Origin: Prorocentrum cordatum
Lineage: Eukaryota
Length of the DNA stretch: 64,000 bases
NCBI GenBank assembly: GCA_963575745.1
Contig: CAUYUJ010000003.1
Coordinates: 186,001 to 250,000 of the forward strand
Direction: 5' to 3'
The notes under the pieces are model-generated. The model worked only from the letters and a program-made list of their open reading frames with translations, was not told the origin of the DNA and searched no databases. Both the position numbers and the translations under genes were made by a program. This document shows, piece by piece, positions 15,400 through 27,120 of the stretch (position 1 is the first letter of the stretch; every line of letters starts with the position of its first letter).

Positions 15400-18300
15400 G
15401 GCCCTCGCGATAGCGCGACGAGTCACGCCCCCCAGTTCGGCGGCGCCGGTCGAGGAGGGGGGAGCGGCCAGACCGCTCTTGAGCACCAACCATTCGGGTC
15501 CACAGCGAGAGAATACCGCGCCATGCTGCTGGCCGTCTTGCGCTCGATCTCTCCCCGACGCTCTCGACTGCCAAGGCGCTCAGGGGCGGGGCGGGCGCGG
15601 CGGGCGATGGGCGGCGCTGCGACGCCAAGAGATTCAATGGAAAAACCAATCTGCTTCATCGATGCGAGCACACTTTGCGTGAAGGTGCGGCATGGACACC
15701 GCGCGAGATGCTGCAACATGTGTTCTCGTGTCTATGTACGCGAGAACGCAAGGCTCGCTTTCCATCGCGAGCTGCAGGACAGACGCGCATGACCAAATGC
15801 ATAGATCTCGCTAACGCATGCCCTGGGGCGAGCTGGCGCAACAGAGCACATCTGGCAACGCACTTCTCAAGCTTGGCTTCCCGAGCCATGCCGGCCGCGT
15901 CGGGGCCGATATGCAGTCCGAGATACTTCAGAGCAGCGTGGATCGCGATCATCTCTAGCCCCATCAACTCTTTGATGGGCGTTGCTTGAGCCTCCTCTTT
16001 CCTCGCCCTCCTACAGATCAGCAGAGAGCCAGGCCCATCGCATGCTTGAGAACGAGGAGCAGGCGCCATATTGTGCCAACGGATCACGATACAGTCTGCT
16101 TGTCAGAGAGACAGTCGGCAACGCGCGCTAGACATGATTAGATACGCGAGGGAACCGCATTCCGCACCCACCGAAGCACACGATCGAGACATAAACAGGA
16201 CAGCGGCATGGAGCTAGGGCCCCCCCTGTCGAACTCCCCTTGGATGGCAAAGCCGCTGGGCCTCCTCCCCGCCAGAGCGACGACGCCAGCATTGCAACTA
16301 TGGGCAACGCATGCTCGTAAGGACTTGAAACATCCAGCACCGGAATAGAAACAGAAAGGCCGCTGCAAAATCCATCGACGGAGCCGCGGCAGAGTCGTGT
16401 CCGAGAAGCTCGCGCTGAAGCCCCCAACTCTCAGCTTGGACGACATTTGCAAGCATTTGCCCACCTTTCACGCGCCCCTGAAGGGGGGCAGCCGCGGTCT
16501 GAGAGAGCACGTTGAGAGGGCAGCAAAAAACAGCGCGCAGGATCATGGCAACAATCTTGACGTAACACGAGTAATGATAACGAGGAACGTCTCCAATGTG
16601 CCAGCGCGCAAAAGGTAGCCCATCGGGCCCAGGCATCGAATTGCGGTTGTGTTTATATGCGAATACAACTCACCGAAACTCATCTCCCAGCAAACGCCCA
16701 GGTCATCAGGAACGCCGCGAGCGTGCCCCCGGATCTCGCCTCCTTTGCCGCGATCCTCAAGCGCAGCAGCAAAAACTCGATCGCAGTACTGGGCCAAAAC
16801 ACTAACATAAAGTTCAGGAGCCGCGCGCGGCAGGCCGTTCCCATCAATGGCGGCAGTCAGATGCGCGCACCTCCGACGCTTTCTCCGAAGCTATGTTTTG
16901 TTTCTCATAAGTTTCGCCAATTCAGCTTTCTTACCTCTTCCCTCTCCTCCGTCCAAATCTGCAAGTCAAGGTCTCGCGTCGCCCCGCAAAAAATTCCGGC
17001 GCGAATGCGGGGCGGCGTCGCATCCATATCAAACATCTGATGGAGGTCGGGGAACCAGGCCGCCGCCTCACAGACCGCGCGGTCGCGACCCGAAGCGCAT
17101 GCATGCGCCAATGCTGTCGTAGAGCACCAGTGGTAACTACCTTGTTAGCAAGCTGGATGCGAACCCGTTTGGCGATGCGGTGCGTGATTCTCTTGCGACT
17201 TCTTGAAGGGCTGGCGGCCCGTCCAGGGCGTCCGGGGGCGCTTTCTGGGCGTCGCTCACGTCGCCGACAGTCCGTTGGTAAACCTCATTTTTGCTGAGCC
17301 AGTTTGGGGCGGGGGCATCGGTTCCAGCGAGGGGGCGGGCGGCGTTGATCACGACAAGTGCAGGGGCGTGGTCCGACGTCGTGGCCTGGCACAGCTTCCC
17401 AATGACCACGCGCGAACGGCGAGGCCCGCAGCAGCAGCGGCAGGAAAATTGGAATTGGTGCGGTCGGGCCGAGCAGTATGCGCGATATTGCCGTCGCGGA
17501 TCTGCTTCCGCGCGTCGTCGGCGTGAAAACTTCACGCAAGCCCGAGCACTTCTGATAAAGAAGGCGATGGGCTCTCTGATCCCCGCGAGACCATCCACTC
17601 CCGTCAGGGTGCATCCTCCTTTTCCTTCACGAGTGAGGTCCCAATCGCCTGAGATAACGGTGGAGCACTGCGCAGCGGGCGGAAGCACTTCGAGATTATG
17701 AGCCAGCAAGCGGCTCACGCGCATTAGGAACGTGGGGATGCATGATAACGAGATTCCCCTTCTCTTCCAAGGGGGCACTGAGGAGCATTCGACATTCCCG
17801 CGCAGCGCGATGGGTTATGGTGTGAAATTGCCGAACAAGGCGGCAGAGATGAATGCGATGCCACCGCCAGCGCGCACATAATCCGATAAGACCGCCCCAC
17901 CATCCACAGATTCACGAAATTCGTTCTGGAGGCAAGTGGTACCCAAAACAACCCCGTGGGTCTCTTGAGCACAGACCATCTGATACCCCCGACGGAGCCC
18001 CAACAACTCCCGATGCATGGCAGCTGCGTTCGTCTGCCCGCGAGTCTTCGCGGCGCTGGATAGGCCGCGCGCGTGCCAGGAAACGCTGCCAGGCCAGGGG
18101 GCGGGGAGAAACAGCTGCTGCATGGCGGCCGCTCAGCCAGACAGGCTGCGGGATAGCGGCACTGGCGACAGAAGGCGGCGCGGGCGCGGGCAGGGCGCCC
18201 TTCTCGCGCCCAAAATCACTTGAAGAAGCAGGTGCAGAGTGCGCGGCCGATGGAGCGGAGGCGGCCGAGGGCGAGGGGGGGGGCAGACAAAGTAGACGAA

Positions 18301-19387
18301 GAGCACGCGCGACGCGAATCATCTTCAACGCGCGCGCCAGCCGCGGACCCCAAGAGGCATGGCGCGAAACAGCCGGCGCGACATCCCGTCACTCATGGCA
18401 CGGGCCAACCCGCTCAACAATCTACGCGCCGCTGAAGCCCCAGAAGCTGCAGTCCGTCTCGTTCGGCCCGACGTTGAGCCGACCAAATCCGTCCAGCTCG
18501 CCCTTGGCCCGGGTGGACATGTAGGTGGGCGTGCGGATGAAGAGCTCATTGCCGAAACCGTTGGCGCTGATGTTGAGCTCGCCTGTGCCCTTGTTATGAG
18601 CTCCAGATGTTGGGCAACTGGCGCCCGCGCGCGACGTGAATTGCTTCCGTTGCCGAGCGTCTTCAGGAAGATTGCGATGATGCGAGCGAAGGTTCGCCGA
18701 TTCGCCGCGCGGATCCGCCCGCCAGAGGTTCTGGCCGGCGAACCGCGACGTGAACTCGGTCACGAGAGAGTTGCAGGAGCAGCGGGTCCAGAAGCTCTGA
18801 CTGGTCTCGGCGAACTTTGCCGAGGTGCCGACGAGCGGGCGCGCAAGGGCTTGCCGCTGAGGCGATTGCCGCGTGGCCTGGCGAGAAATGTCCAAGAGGG
18901 TGCGAGGATGCCCGTTCGCCCAGAACCGACATGGATCAGCGCCCGTAGACTCAGCCAGCATCCCGCCAGCCACCCGAGGGCGCTTCGCGCCGTGTCCAGT
19001 GGATCTAGCCGACGATGTAGACGCTTGTAGCGCAGTTTCGGTTTGGGCCTGCCCGGCCTCCAGCTCTTGGAACTGGGCGGCGAGAGCGGCCGTCTGACCA
19101 TCGAGCTGAGCGGTCCGTCAAGTCTGCGTCTTCTTCGCGTCAGCAATCAGCTTGGGGAGGTTTGCCATGGGGCCCGTCGCGACACTTCGAACCACTCGGG
19201 CGCGTCGTCTCCTTTGGCGGCGCAAGATGTGAGGACCAGGGCATGTAGGAGAGATTGAAAGAAATAACCTTCAACCTTGGCATGGCCTCTGGTCGAGGGT
19301 CGCACGGATCGCCCTGGGCCGCTTCGGGCCGCGGCCCCGGGCAGGGCGAAGGCCCCGGGCAACGGCTTGAGCCTATATTAAGACGGC
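15400..19387 (-). mobile_element. Near-complete degenerate LINE (ORF1, APE endonuclease, RT), 3' end missing
   Basis: APE motifs 'SWHARGL', 'VCAQETHG' (~17960), 'ISGDWD', 'SDHAP' (~17370). RT motifs 'PGPDGLP' (~16625), 'MDFAAAF', 'ADCL', 'LKYLGLHIGP' (~15920). Many frameshifts. Confidence 0.88.
19366..19387 (-). other. Degenerate dinoflagellate spliced-leader relic at the LINE 5' end
   Basis: GCCGTCTTAATATAGGCTCAAG versus DCCGTAGCCATTTTGGCTCAAG: 16/22, both ends intact. Confidence 0.5.
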
Positions 19388-19599
19388 GAATAATCTTCGC
19401 GGCTCCTGAGTCACGTCAACCGCACTCGCGGCGAGTTACGTAGTGAATAGTTGAGGAGATGAAAAGCCTGTCGATGGCACAGGACGTCTCCGTCGCTCTC
19501 GAGTAGGGAGTGGGCAGGGGGCGAGAGCTCCAGCGCGCCGCGCTGGGGGAAAAAAAAACAAAAAAACGCCTCCAAACAAAATCACTCCGAAATGCCCGG

Positions 19600-21300
19600 C
19601 TATCTTGAGGCAGCCGAGTCAGTCCCCCTTGCATGTCGCAAGCCAGGCAAGCTCATCATTATGAGCCCACGTGAGACTCTGAGTCCACCCCTGTCGGAGC
19701 CGAGAACGAGCTGAGCGGATGGCGCAATAATTTCGAAGGCTGAGAAATCGAGCTTGTTTTCCTGGAGCTGGGTTCCGCACTGATGCGTGACAGATGCGCC
19801 CTTGCAAAGAAAAAGTGCCGCGATGGAGCATAGGCATCGCAGCTTGGTCACTCTGCGCAAGAAACGGGAGGTCGTGACAGGGAACGAGCATGGCCATCCC
19901 GCCCTCCCCATCCGCATCAAACGCCGAACAAGAAATCTTGTAGTGAATGTTGAACTAATGGGCGGCCGCAGAGAACGCGAGCTCGCCCCCGTGGGCCTCT
20001 TGAAGTAGGGGGCCGCCCCCTGCAACGCGAGCCCCTTCTGTTTGTGGAGCTTCGATCACCGGCAAACGCGATTTCAATTCCAACGTGGCGGTCCGCCAGC
20101 ATTGCAGGGCGCCGCGCGCAGCTCCCAGGGCGACCGCCGCCTGCTGGGATCAACTCCACCCCTTGCGTCTGCTGTCTGAAGCTGGAAGAGACCTCTGTCG
20201 ATGTCGACGCAAAGAGGGGCCACTCCTTCAGGAGGCCAGGCTAGACAAGCGGGCTCCTCGACGCCCTGCGGTGCAACTGCCACCGCGGAAATTGTGCCTG
20301 CATTGATTATGCCTCTAGAGTGATGACTGCGCCATTCGTGCTTGAGGTATGTCGGTTGAAGAATGCCGCGCGACCGTTCGCATTGAATATATTGGGTTAT
20401 TGGGGCTTGGGGCTCTTGTCGGGATTGATGCACATCGCGCCCCTGGCGCCGCTGGCTGAGATGCCGCAGAACAGGCGCTGGGTGCCTCCTGGAAGCTGCA
20501 GCTGCAGCGGATGCCGATCTGCGCAAACGCCGCCATGGGGGACACCGTGCACATCGAATGTAGTAGACCTTGCAGGGGGTCTGCCCCTGGTGCATCGGGC
20601 GCTCTTCGATGCCCGCGTCGTTGTTCCACTCCGCAATGGCGGCGCCGACCTCGAACGCAGCCGTTGGAAAAGCAGCCGGCGTGAAACGGACTAGGACTGG
20701 GCGAACGGTCGCACTGAGCGGTGCGGACAAGGTCCATGGTGGCAGCTGCAACTTTACATGCCTCTTCCACTCTTCCAGTGGCCACTGGATCTATCCCAAG
20801 TCCTGCTGCACGGTGTCCTGCTTTTGCTCCGCCGCGCCAGCGCGCTCCTGCAAATTGCGAATGTCCACGTCGCGCTGGTCGATGAGAACCACGCGCGGGC
20901 GGGGGAGGCCCGCGACCGTGTCCAAGGTGACAGTGCGTGCCGTTTGCATGATGCCATTGACTTCGCTCCGTGCGTGGTCCATCTGCAGTGTGCTAATATC
21001 AGCCTCTTTACTGCGGTTCGCGTCCACTGTTTGCTGTCCAGCATGCTCTGCGCCGCCGCTACCGCCATCAGAACGAGACCGATGAGCAGGAGCCCGCGGT
21101 CGAGAATGCCGAGCAGGACCGCGAGCGCGACGAGCCCATGGATCCCGATGGCCAGGAATAATATTACCAATCGTAACGATGTCGTCGTTTTTCGCATGGG
21201 AAAATGGAGAAGCCGTCGAACTGTTCCTGGGGCCCAGCAAGCGAGGGCGCTTGTCGACCTGTTGGACACGAAAGAGCGCCATCGGATGCCCCCGCAATTG
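19600..21300 (-). mobile_element. LINE 5' fragment (ORF1 coiled coil, possibly the start of the endonuclease)
   Basis: Coiled-coil-like 'DIRNLQERAGAAEQKQDTVQQDL'. 'INPDKSPK' (~20420) parallels 'VRADKGPKQ' in ORF1 at ~39480. Confidence 0.6.
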
Positions 21301-21767
21301 AAAAAGGAGGGTTTGTCGAGCAGACCTCCCTTCAGGGGAGGGAGGTCAGGGTCTGTCCGTTGTCTTTGCAAGGGGGGGCGAGGGGTTCGCCCCCCCGCCC
21401 CCCCCCCCCCCTTGCGCCGGATGGCGGGCGGGGGGCCTTTGGACGCCCCCTCCTCCCCGCTGCGAAGGAAGGGGTTTGGGGGGGCAACCTCTGCGCGATG
21501 GGCCAGGGGGTCATGGGAGGCACGGGTTTCTATCGCCAACCGTTTACAGTGGGGGCGTGCAGGCCCCTTTGAAAGCTAAGATGCTACGATCAGCAGATGC
21601 GCATCGCGCGTGTCTTTTGCCAGGGATCGCAAGCGGCACGGGTTTCCATCGCGAAATGTTTCGATGGGGAATGCCCATAAACAAAACATGTAGGTTGCAT
21701 GGCATCGCGAGGGTTGAAGGCCTCAGCGGGCGAGGTTGAGGTCAGCAGGTGTGCGCCGTATGCTGGT

Positions 21768-23560
21768 ATTCTCCGATCCTCCTGCTCTGGGTTCTCGTTT
21801 TGTATGTAACACTGCGGTCGCGACCTCCGCCTTCCGCCCTCCCTCTCCTGTTCCCTCCTGCCTGCCTGCTGGCCTGCCTCCTGTCTCGCCGTCCTGCTCG
21901 GGGGCTCGCTGGGGGGCGGCGAACTGCGAAGCTGTCGCCGTGTTCGAGGGCTGCTGGGGGGTCGAGCGGAGTGACGCCCCTTAGACCTCGCCATCCTTAA
22001 GGGGCTGCGAACCGCGGAACCGTCGCCACTTTCGAGGGCTGCTGGGAGGTTTGGCGAAGTGGCGCCTGGAGTGGCGCATTGTGCAGACCTGCTTTCGACC
22101 TCGCCCCCCCCCCCCCCCCTGGGGGGGGGGCGCAGCTAAATTCTCGCCGCGTTCGATGGCAGCTGGGGATCCCTACGCAGACTTCGATTAGACCTCGCCA
22201 TCCCTCGGAGGTTGCGACCTTCGATCATTTCGCAACGTTCGCGGGCCGATTCGGGGTCCAGCGGGGTGACTTTTTACGCAGATTCAGATTGGACCTCGCC
22301 ATCCCAGGGGGAGCTGCGCACTGCAAAACTGTCGCAACGTTCGAGGGCTGCTAGGAGGTCCAGCGGGGTGCCGCCATCTGCAAGCCCAAGTAGTCCTCGC
22401 CTGTCCTGGAGGACTGCGAACTGTAAAACCGTCGCCATGTTCGAAGACAGCTGGCGGGTCCTGCGGAATGAAGTCTTGCACATTTGCACTATCGTCCTCG
22501 CGATCCGTGGGTGATGGGGCTAACAGCGAAGCTTCCGCCGCTTTCGAGTGCAGCTGGGGTTCCTCAGAGTGGTGTATTACGCAGACCCAGGTTAGACTTC
22601 GCCATCTTTTGTCAGCCTGCGGATCTCGAAACCGTCGACGCCTTCGAAGGCCTGCCGGGGGTCTGGCCGAGTGGCCGCCGCAAAGCGGTCGCCACTGCAA
22701 ACTGCCAGGCTGTCGCCGCCTTCGAGGGCTGCCGGGGCCCAGCGGAACGACGCCTTAAAGCAGACTACTATTGGAGCCGTCGCCCCTGGATGAGTGCGAA
22801 CTGCGAAGCTGTCGCCACATTCGAAGGCAGCTGGGGGGCCCAGCGGAGTGACTACATACCTGCAGGCTGGTTTTAGGCCTCGCCATCCCTGGGGGGGCTG
22901 CGAACTGCTAGTCTTTCGCCGCGTTCGAGGGCTGCTGGGATGTCCAGCGGGATGACGCCTGACGCAGACTTAGACTAGACATCGCCATCCGCGGGAGGGT
23001 GCGAACCAAGAAACCGTCGCAGCGTTCAAGGGCTGCCTGGGTGCCCAGCGGAGCGACATCTTTCGACGACCCCGATTGAACCTCGCCATGCTTGGGGGAG
23101 GGGCTGCGAACTGCGAACCAGTCGGCGCGTTCGAAGGATGCTGGGGGGTCCTACGAAATGACGTCTTGTCGCAGACTCGGATTCGACCTCGCCGTCCCCG
23201 GGGGGGCTGCGCGTTGCGGAGCTGTCGCCACTTTTGGAAAACATGCCCGAGTGTCGGGGGGTTGCGTCAGGCGCGCGGGGCGCATACAAAACATCTCCAT
23301 CCCTGTGGGCTGCGAGCTGCAAGCGCTGCTGGGGCGGGGGTGCAGCGGAGTGGCGTCCTGCGGAGATCCAATCCAGATTTGATCTCGCTATCCCGGTTGG
23401 ATGCGAACTGCGAAACTGTCGCCGCGTTCTTGGTCTGCCGGGGGGGGGGTCAAGCAGAGTGACGCCTTGCGCATATTCAGATTCGACCTCGCCGTCCGCG
23501 GAAATGTCGCCACGTTCGAGGGATGCCGGGGTCCCAACTGAATGGCGTCTCAAAGACTCG
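21768..23560. repeat. Satellite family B (~95 bp unit) with conserved head
   Basis: Repeated gacctcgccatccc...ggggctgcgaactgcgaa(a/g)ctgtcgcc...ttcgagggctgctgggg. Confidence 0.9.
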
Positions 23561-23755
23561 GCGCCTCGACTTCCCGCGGCGCCCCCCGCCATTCCCCGGC
23601 CCCTGCCGCGGCGGGCGAGTGCAGCGCGCGACGGGCGGACATCCAATGCCGCTTGTGCAACAAGTTGGGGTTCCCGAGCTGGCGTCCATAGCCCTGTGGA
23701 CCAACTCCACAGCTGGCAGATCGATGCAAATGTATTGCGCACGTCAAAAAATATG

Positions 23756-25400
23756 TCCCCATCGTCCTGTGGTGGTGGGCCGCCATTTTGAAGAGGCAGC
23801 GCGCCGCGTCCCGCCTCACCATCGTCGCCCCGCGCCTCCTTCCTCTGCCTCTGCTCTCCGCGCGTCAACTGGCGCGGCACCCCATTCGCGCGCTCCGCGG
23901 CCCGATGGGGGGCCCGCCCGAAGACCCCAGCGGCGCAATCCGCAAGGCGTGCCCCGCGCCCGATTCGGCGCACCCCTCGCGCCTTTCGCGGCTTCATAGG
24001 GAGCTCCAGCGAAGGACCCAGCAGCGCAATCCGCATGGCGCACCCGCGCCGAGTCGGGCACGCCCCTCGCGCGCTTCGCGGCTCCATCGGGGGCTCCGCC
24101 GAAGGCCGCGGCGGCGCCGTCCGCATGGCGCGCCCGCGCCCGATTCGGCGAGCCCCTCGCGCGTTTCGTGACCCCGCAAAGAGCTCCACCGAAGGCCCTT
24201 ATGACACTGTCGGCGCGGCGTGCCCGTAGCCGATTTGGCACCCCCCCTGCACCTCTCGTGGCCCCACAGGGAGCTCCACCGAAGGCCCCAGCTGCACCGT
24301 CCGCATGGCGCACCCGCGCCCGCGCGGGCACACCCCTCGCGCGTTTCGCGGCCCCAAAGGGAGCTCCGACGAAGGCGCCAGCGGCGCAGTTTGCATGGCG
24401 CGCCCGCGCCCGATTCGGCGCACGCGGTCCGCGTGGCGCGCCCGTCGCGCGCTTCGCGGCTCGAAAGGAAGCTCCGACGAAGGCCGCAGACGCAGCGTCC
24501 GCACGGGGCACCCGCGCCCGATTCGGCGCGCACCCAGTGCGCTTCGTGGCCCCGCGGGGAACTCCACCAAAAGCGCCGGTGGCAGTCCGGATGGCGCGCG
24601 CGTGCCCAATTCGGCACGTCTCTCGCGCGTTTCACGGCCCCGCAAGAAGCCCCTTCCGAAGACCCCCGCAGCGCAGTCCTCATGGCGCGCCCGCGCCCGA
24701 TCCGGCGCGCCCCTCACGCGTTCTGCGTCCCCGTAGCTCCACCGAAGGCTCCCGCGGCGCAGTCCGCATTGCGACCCCGCTCCTTCTTCGCGCACCAGTT
24801 CACGCGCTTCGCGGAACTAGTAGGGAGCTCGCCCGATAATCCCAGCGACGCAATTCGCGCGGCGCGCCCGCGCCCGACTCGGCGCACTCCTCGCGTGCTT
24901 CGCGGCCCCAGAGGGAGCCCCGGCGAAGACCCCGGCGGCGCAATCCGCGCGGCGCGCCCGCGCTCGATGTGGCGCACCCCTCGCGCGCTTCGCGGCCCCA
25001 AAGGGTGGTGCTCCATCGAAGGCGCCATCGGCGTAATCTGCGCGGCGCGCCCGCGTCTGGCTCGGCGAACGCTTTGCGCGTTTCGCGGCCTCGAAGGGGG
25101 CTTCGACGAAAGCCCCAGCGGCGCAGTCCGCAAGGCGCACCGTCGCCCGATTCGGCGCGCCCCTCGCACGTTCCGCGGCCCCGACGGGTGCTCCGCCGAA
25201 GGCCCCGGAGGCGCAATCCGCATGGCGCGCTCGCGCCCATGGGTCGGCACGCCCCCCGCGCGTTTCGCGGCCCCGCACGGGTGCTCCACCTGAAGCCCCA
25301 GTTGCAGCGCTGGCGCGGCAGCCCCGCCTCATTTCGGCACGCCTTCCCTGCGGTTCCTGGCCCCGTGATCAGATCCACTGAAGGCGGCGCAAACAGCGAA
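23756..25400. repeat. Satellite family A, second array (more GC-rich)
   Basis: Repeated ggcccc...gggagctccaccgaaggcccc...ccgcatggcgcgcccgcgcccgattcggcgcacccctcgcgcg, with the same head as at 12793. Confidence 0.9.
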
Positions 25401-25579
25401 ATACTCACAATTGCATGCGCTCGGGCCCCATCGCCGGGGCAATTTGGATCGCGAAGGTTGGATTTCCATTGCGCGGGGCTGGATGTGCGCGCGTAAAAAC
25501 ATTGGCTGCTGCGAGAAACCGCGAGGGCTGAAGGCTCGAGAAGGCGATGGTAACGACGTCAGATCTGCGACGCATTGCA

Positions 25580-26470
25580 TTTTTTCCCGAGCCCACCCGC
25601 GTTTGGTTCTCGTTTTGGAAAACACTGTGGTACGCTTTCCTTTTCATCGCCCCTCCCCCTCCTCCTATAGGCTGCTCCGCGGGCGGCCGCGAACTGCGCG
25701 ACTGTCGCCGCGTTCGCGGGCCCCCGGAGGGCCCGGCGGAGCACGGGGGCGCGCGCGCCCAGCCGAGACCTCGCAGCGCAGCTCCATGGGCAGCTGCGAA
25801 CTGCGCAACTCTCGCCACTTTCGCGGGTTCCTGAGATGCGCGGCGGCGTAATGGAGCACGCGCCCTCTGCCGAGATCTCGCAACTCCACAGAGGTCTGCG
25901 AAGTGTGCAATTGTCGCCGCGTTCGCGGGTTCCTGGGGGGAGCGGCGGGCTAGGGCGCCCACGCGCACCCGGCCGAAACCTCGCTGTCCCCTGGGGGGGG
26001 GGGGGGGGCGCACTGCGCAACTGTCGCCACTTGCGCGGGCGACGAAGAGCACGTCGGAGCATAGGGGGTACACGCTCCCAGCTGAGACCAGGCAGCTCCC
26101 TGGGGCGCTGCGGACTGCGCAACTGTTGGCACCTTCGTGGGATCCAGAAAGGCGCGGCAGGCTCGCGGAGTGCGCGCGCCAAGCCAAGACCTCGCAACTC
26201 CCTGGATGGCTGCGAACAGCGCAACTGTCGCCATTTTCGTTGGTTCCTGGGCGGCACTGCGGAGTGGGGGAATACGCGCGCCCACCTCGCCGCTCACTGG
26301 GGGACTGCGAACTGCGCAACCGTCGCCACTTTCGCGTGGCCCTGGGATGCACGTCGGAGCATGGGGGGTACGCGCGACCAGCCCAGACCTCGCAGCTTCC
26401 TGCGGGGCTGCGAACTGCCCAACTGTCGCCAAATTTGCCGGGCACGGCTGAGTCAGGAAGTACGCGCGCC
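25580..26470. repeat. Satellite family B, second array
   Basis: gcgaactgcgcaactgtcgcc units. Head 25450-25632 aligns with 21630-21818. Confidence 0.85.
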
Positions 26471-26479
26471 CAGCCGAGA

Positions 26480-27120
26480 CTACGACTCAGGGCTTCGGGC
26501 TTCGGGCTAAGGGCTTAAGCCTCAGACCTTGGGGCATAAGGTTTACAGCTTCGGATTCGTTCGTTGCGGCTAAGGGCTGAAGGCATACGGCTTAGGGCTT
26601 CAGGCACAAGGCCCAGGGCTTGGGGCTTAAAGCTCCGGGCTTAAGGCTCAGGGGCCAGAGCTTGGGGATTTGGGTCTGGGTACTCGGATTCGGGTGTTAG
26701 GCTTAGGGTGTCAGGGTCAGCGCGTGAGGATTAGGGCGTTAGGCTTGGTGCGTTTGGTCTGGGGTGTCAGGGTTAGGATATTCGGCGTAATGGGGGTTTG
26801 CGTTAGGTGCTCGGGTCAAGGTATTGCGGTTAAGGCGTTAGGATTTGGATTCGAATGTTAGGGCATTGGTGTTCGGGCCAGCGTGTTGCGCTTAGGGTGG
26901 TGGGGTTCGGGGTAGGGCGGCCGGGTTCGGGCGTCAGGGTTCCGCGGCGTGTTTCGGGTCAGGTGTTGGGGGTCGGGCTTGGGGGGCTGCAGAGTTCGGG
27001 TTAGGATGATAGGATTGCGGTGAGAGGGTAAGGGTGTTACGGTTCGGGTGTTCGGGCTAGGGGGTCAGGCATCGGGCGTTGGGGTCAGGGTGTTCGGGTT
27101 CGGGTGTTTGGGTTCGGGCC
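26480..27120 (+). repeat. Degenerate telomere-like tract (TTAGGG/TTCGGG heptamer variants)
   Basis: Dense, strand-asymmetric cttaggg, gttaggg, attaggg and gttcggg words. Confidence 0.65.

Noticed and set aside
21900..26470. Regularly spaced repeats resembling a CRISPR array
   Set aside because: The intervening sequences are themselves homologous (satellite), the repeats are degenerate, no cas genes are present and the context is eukaryotic.
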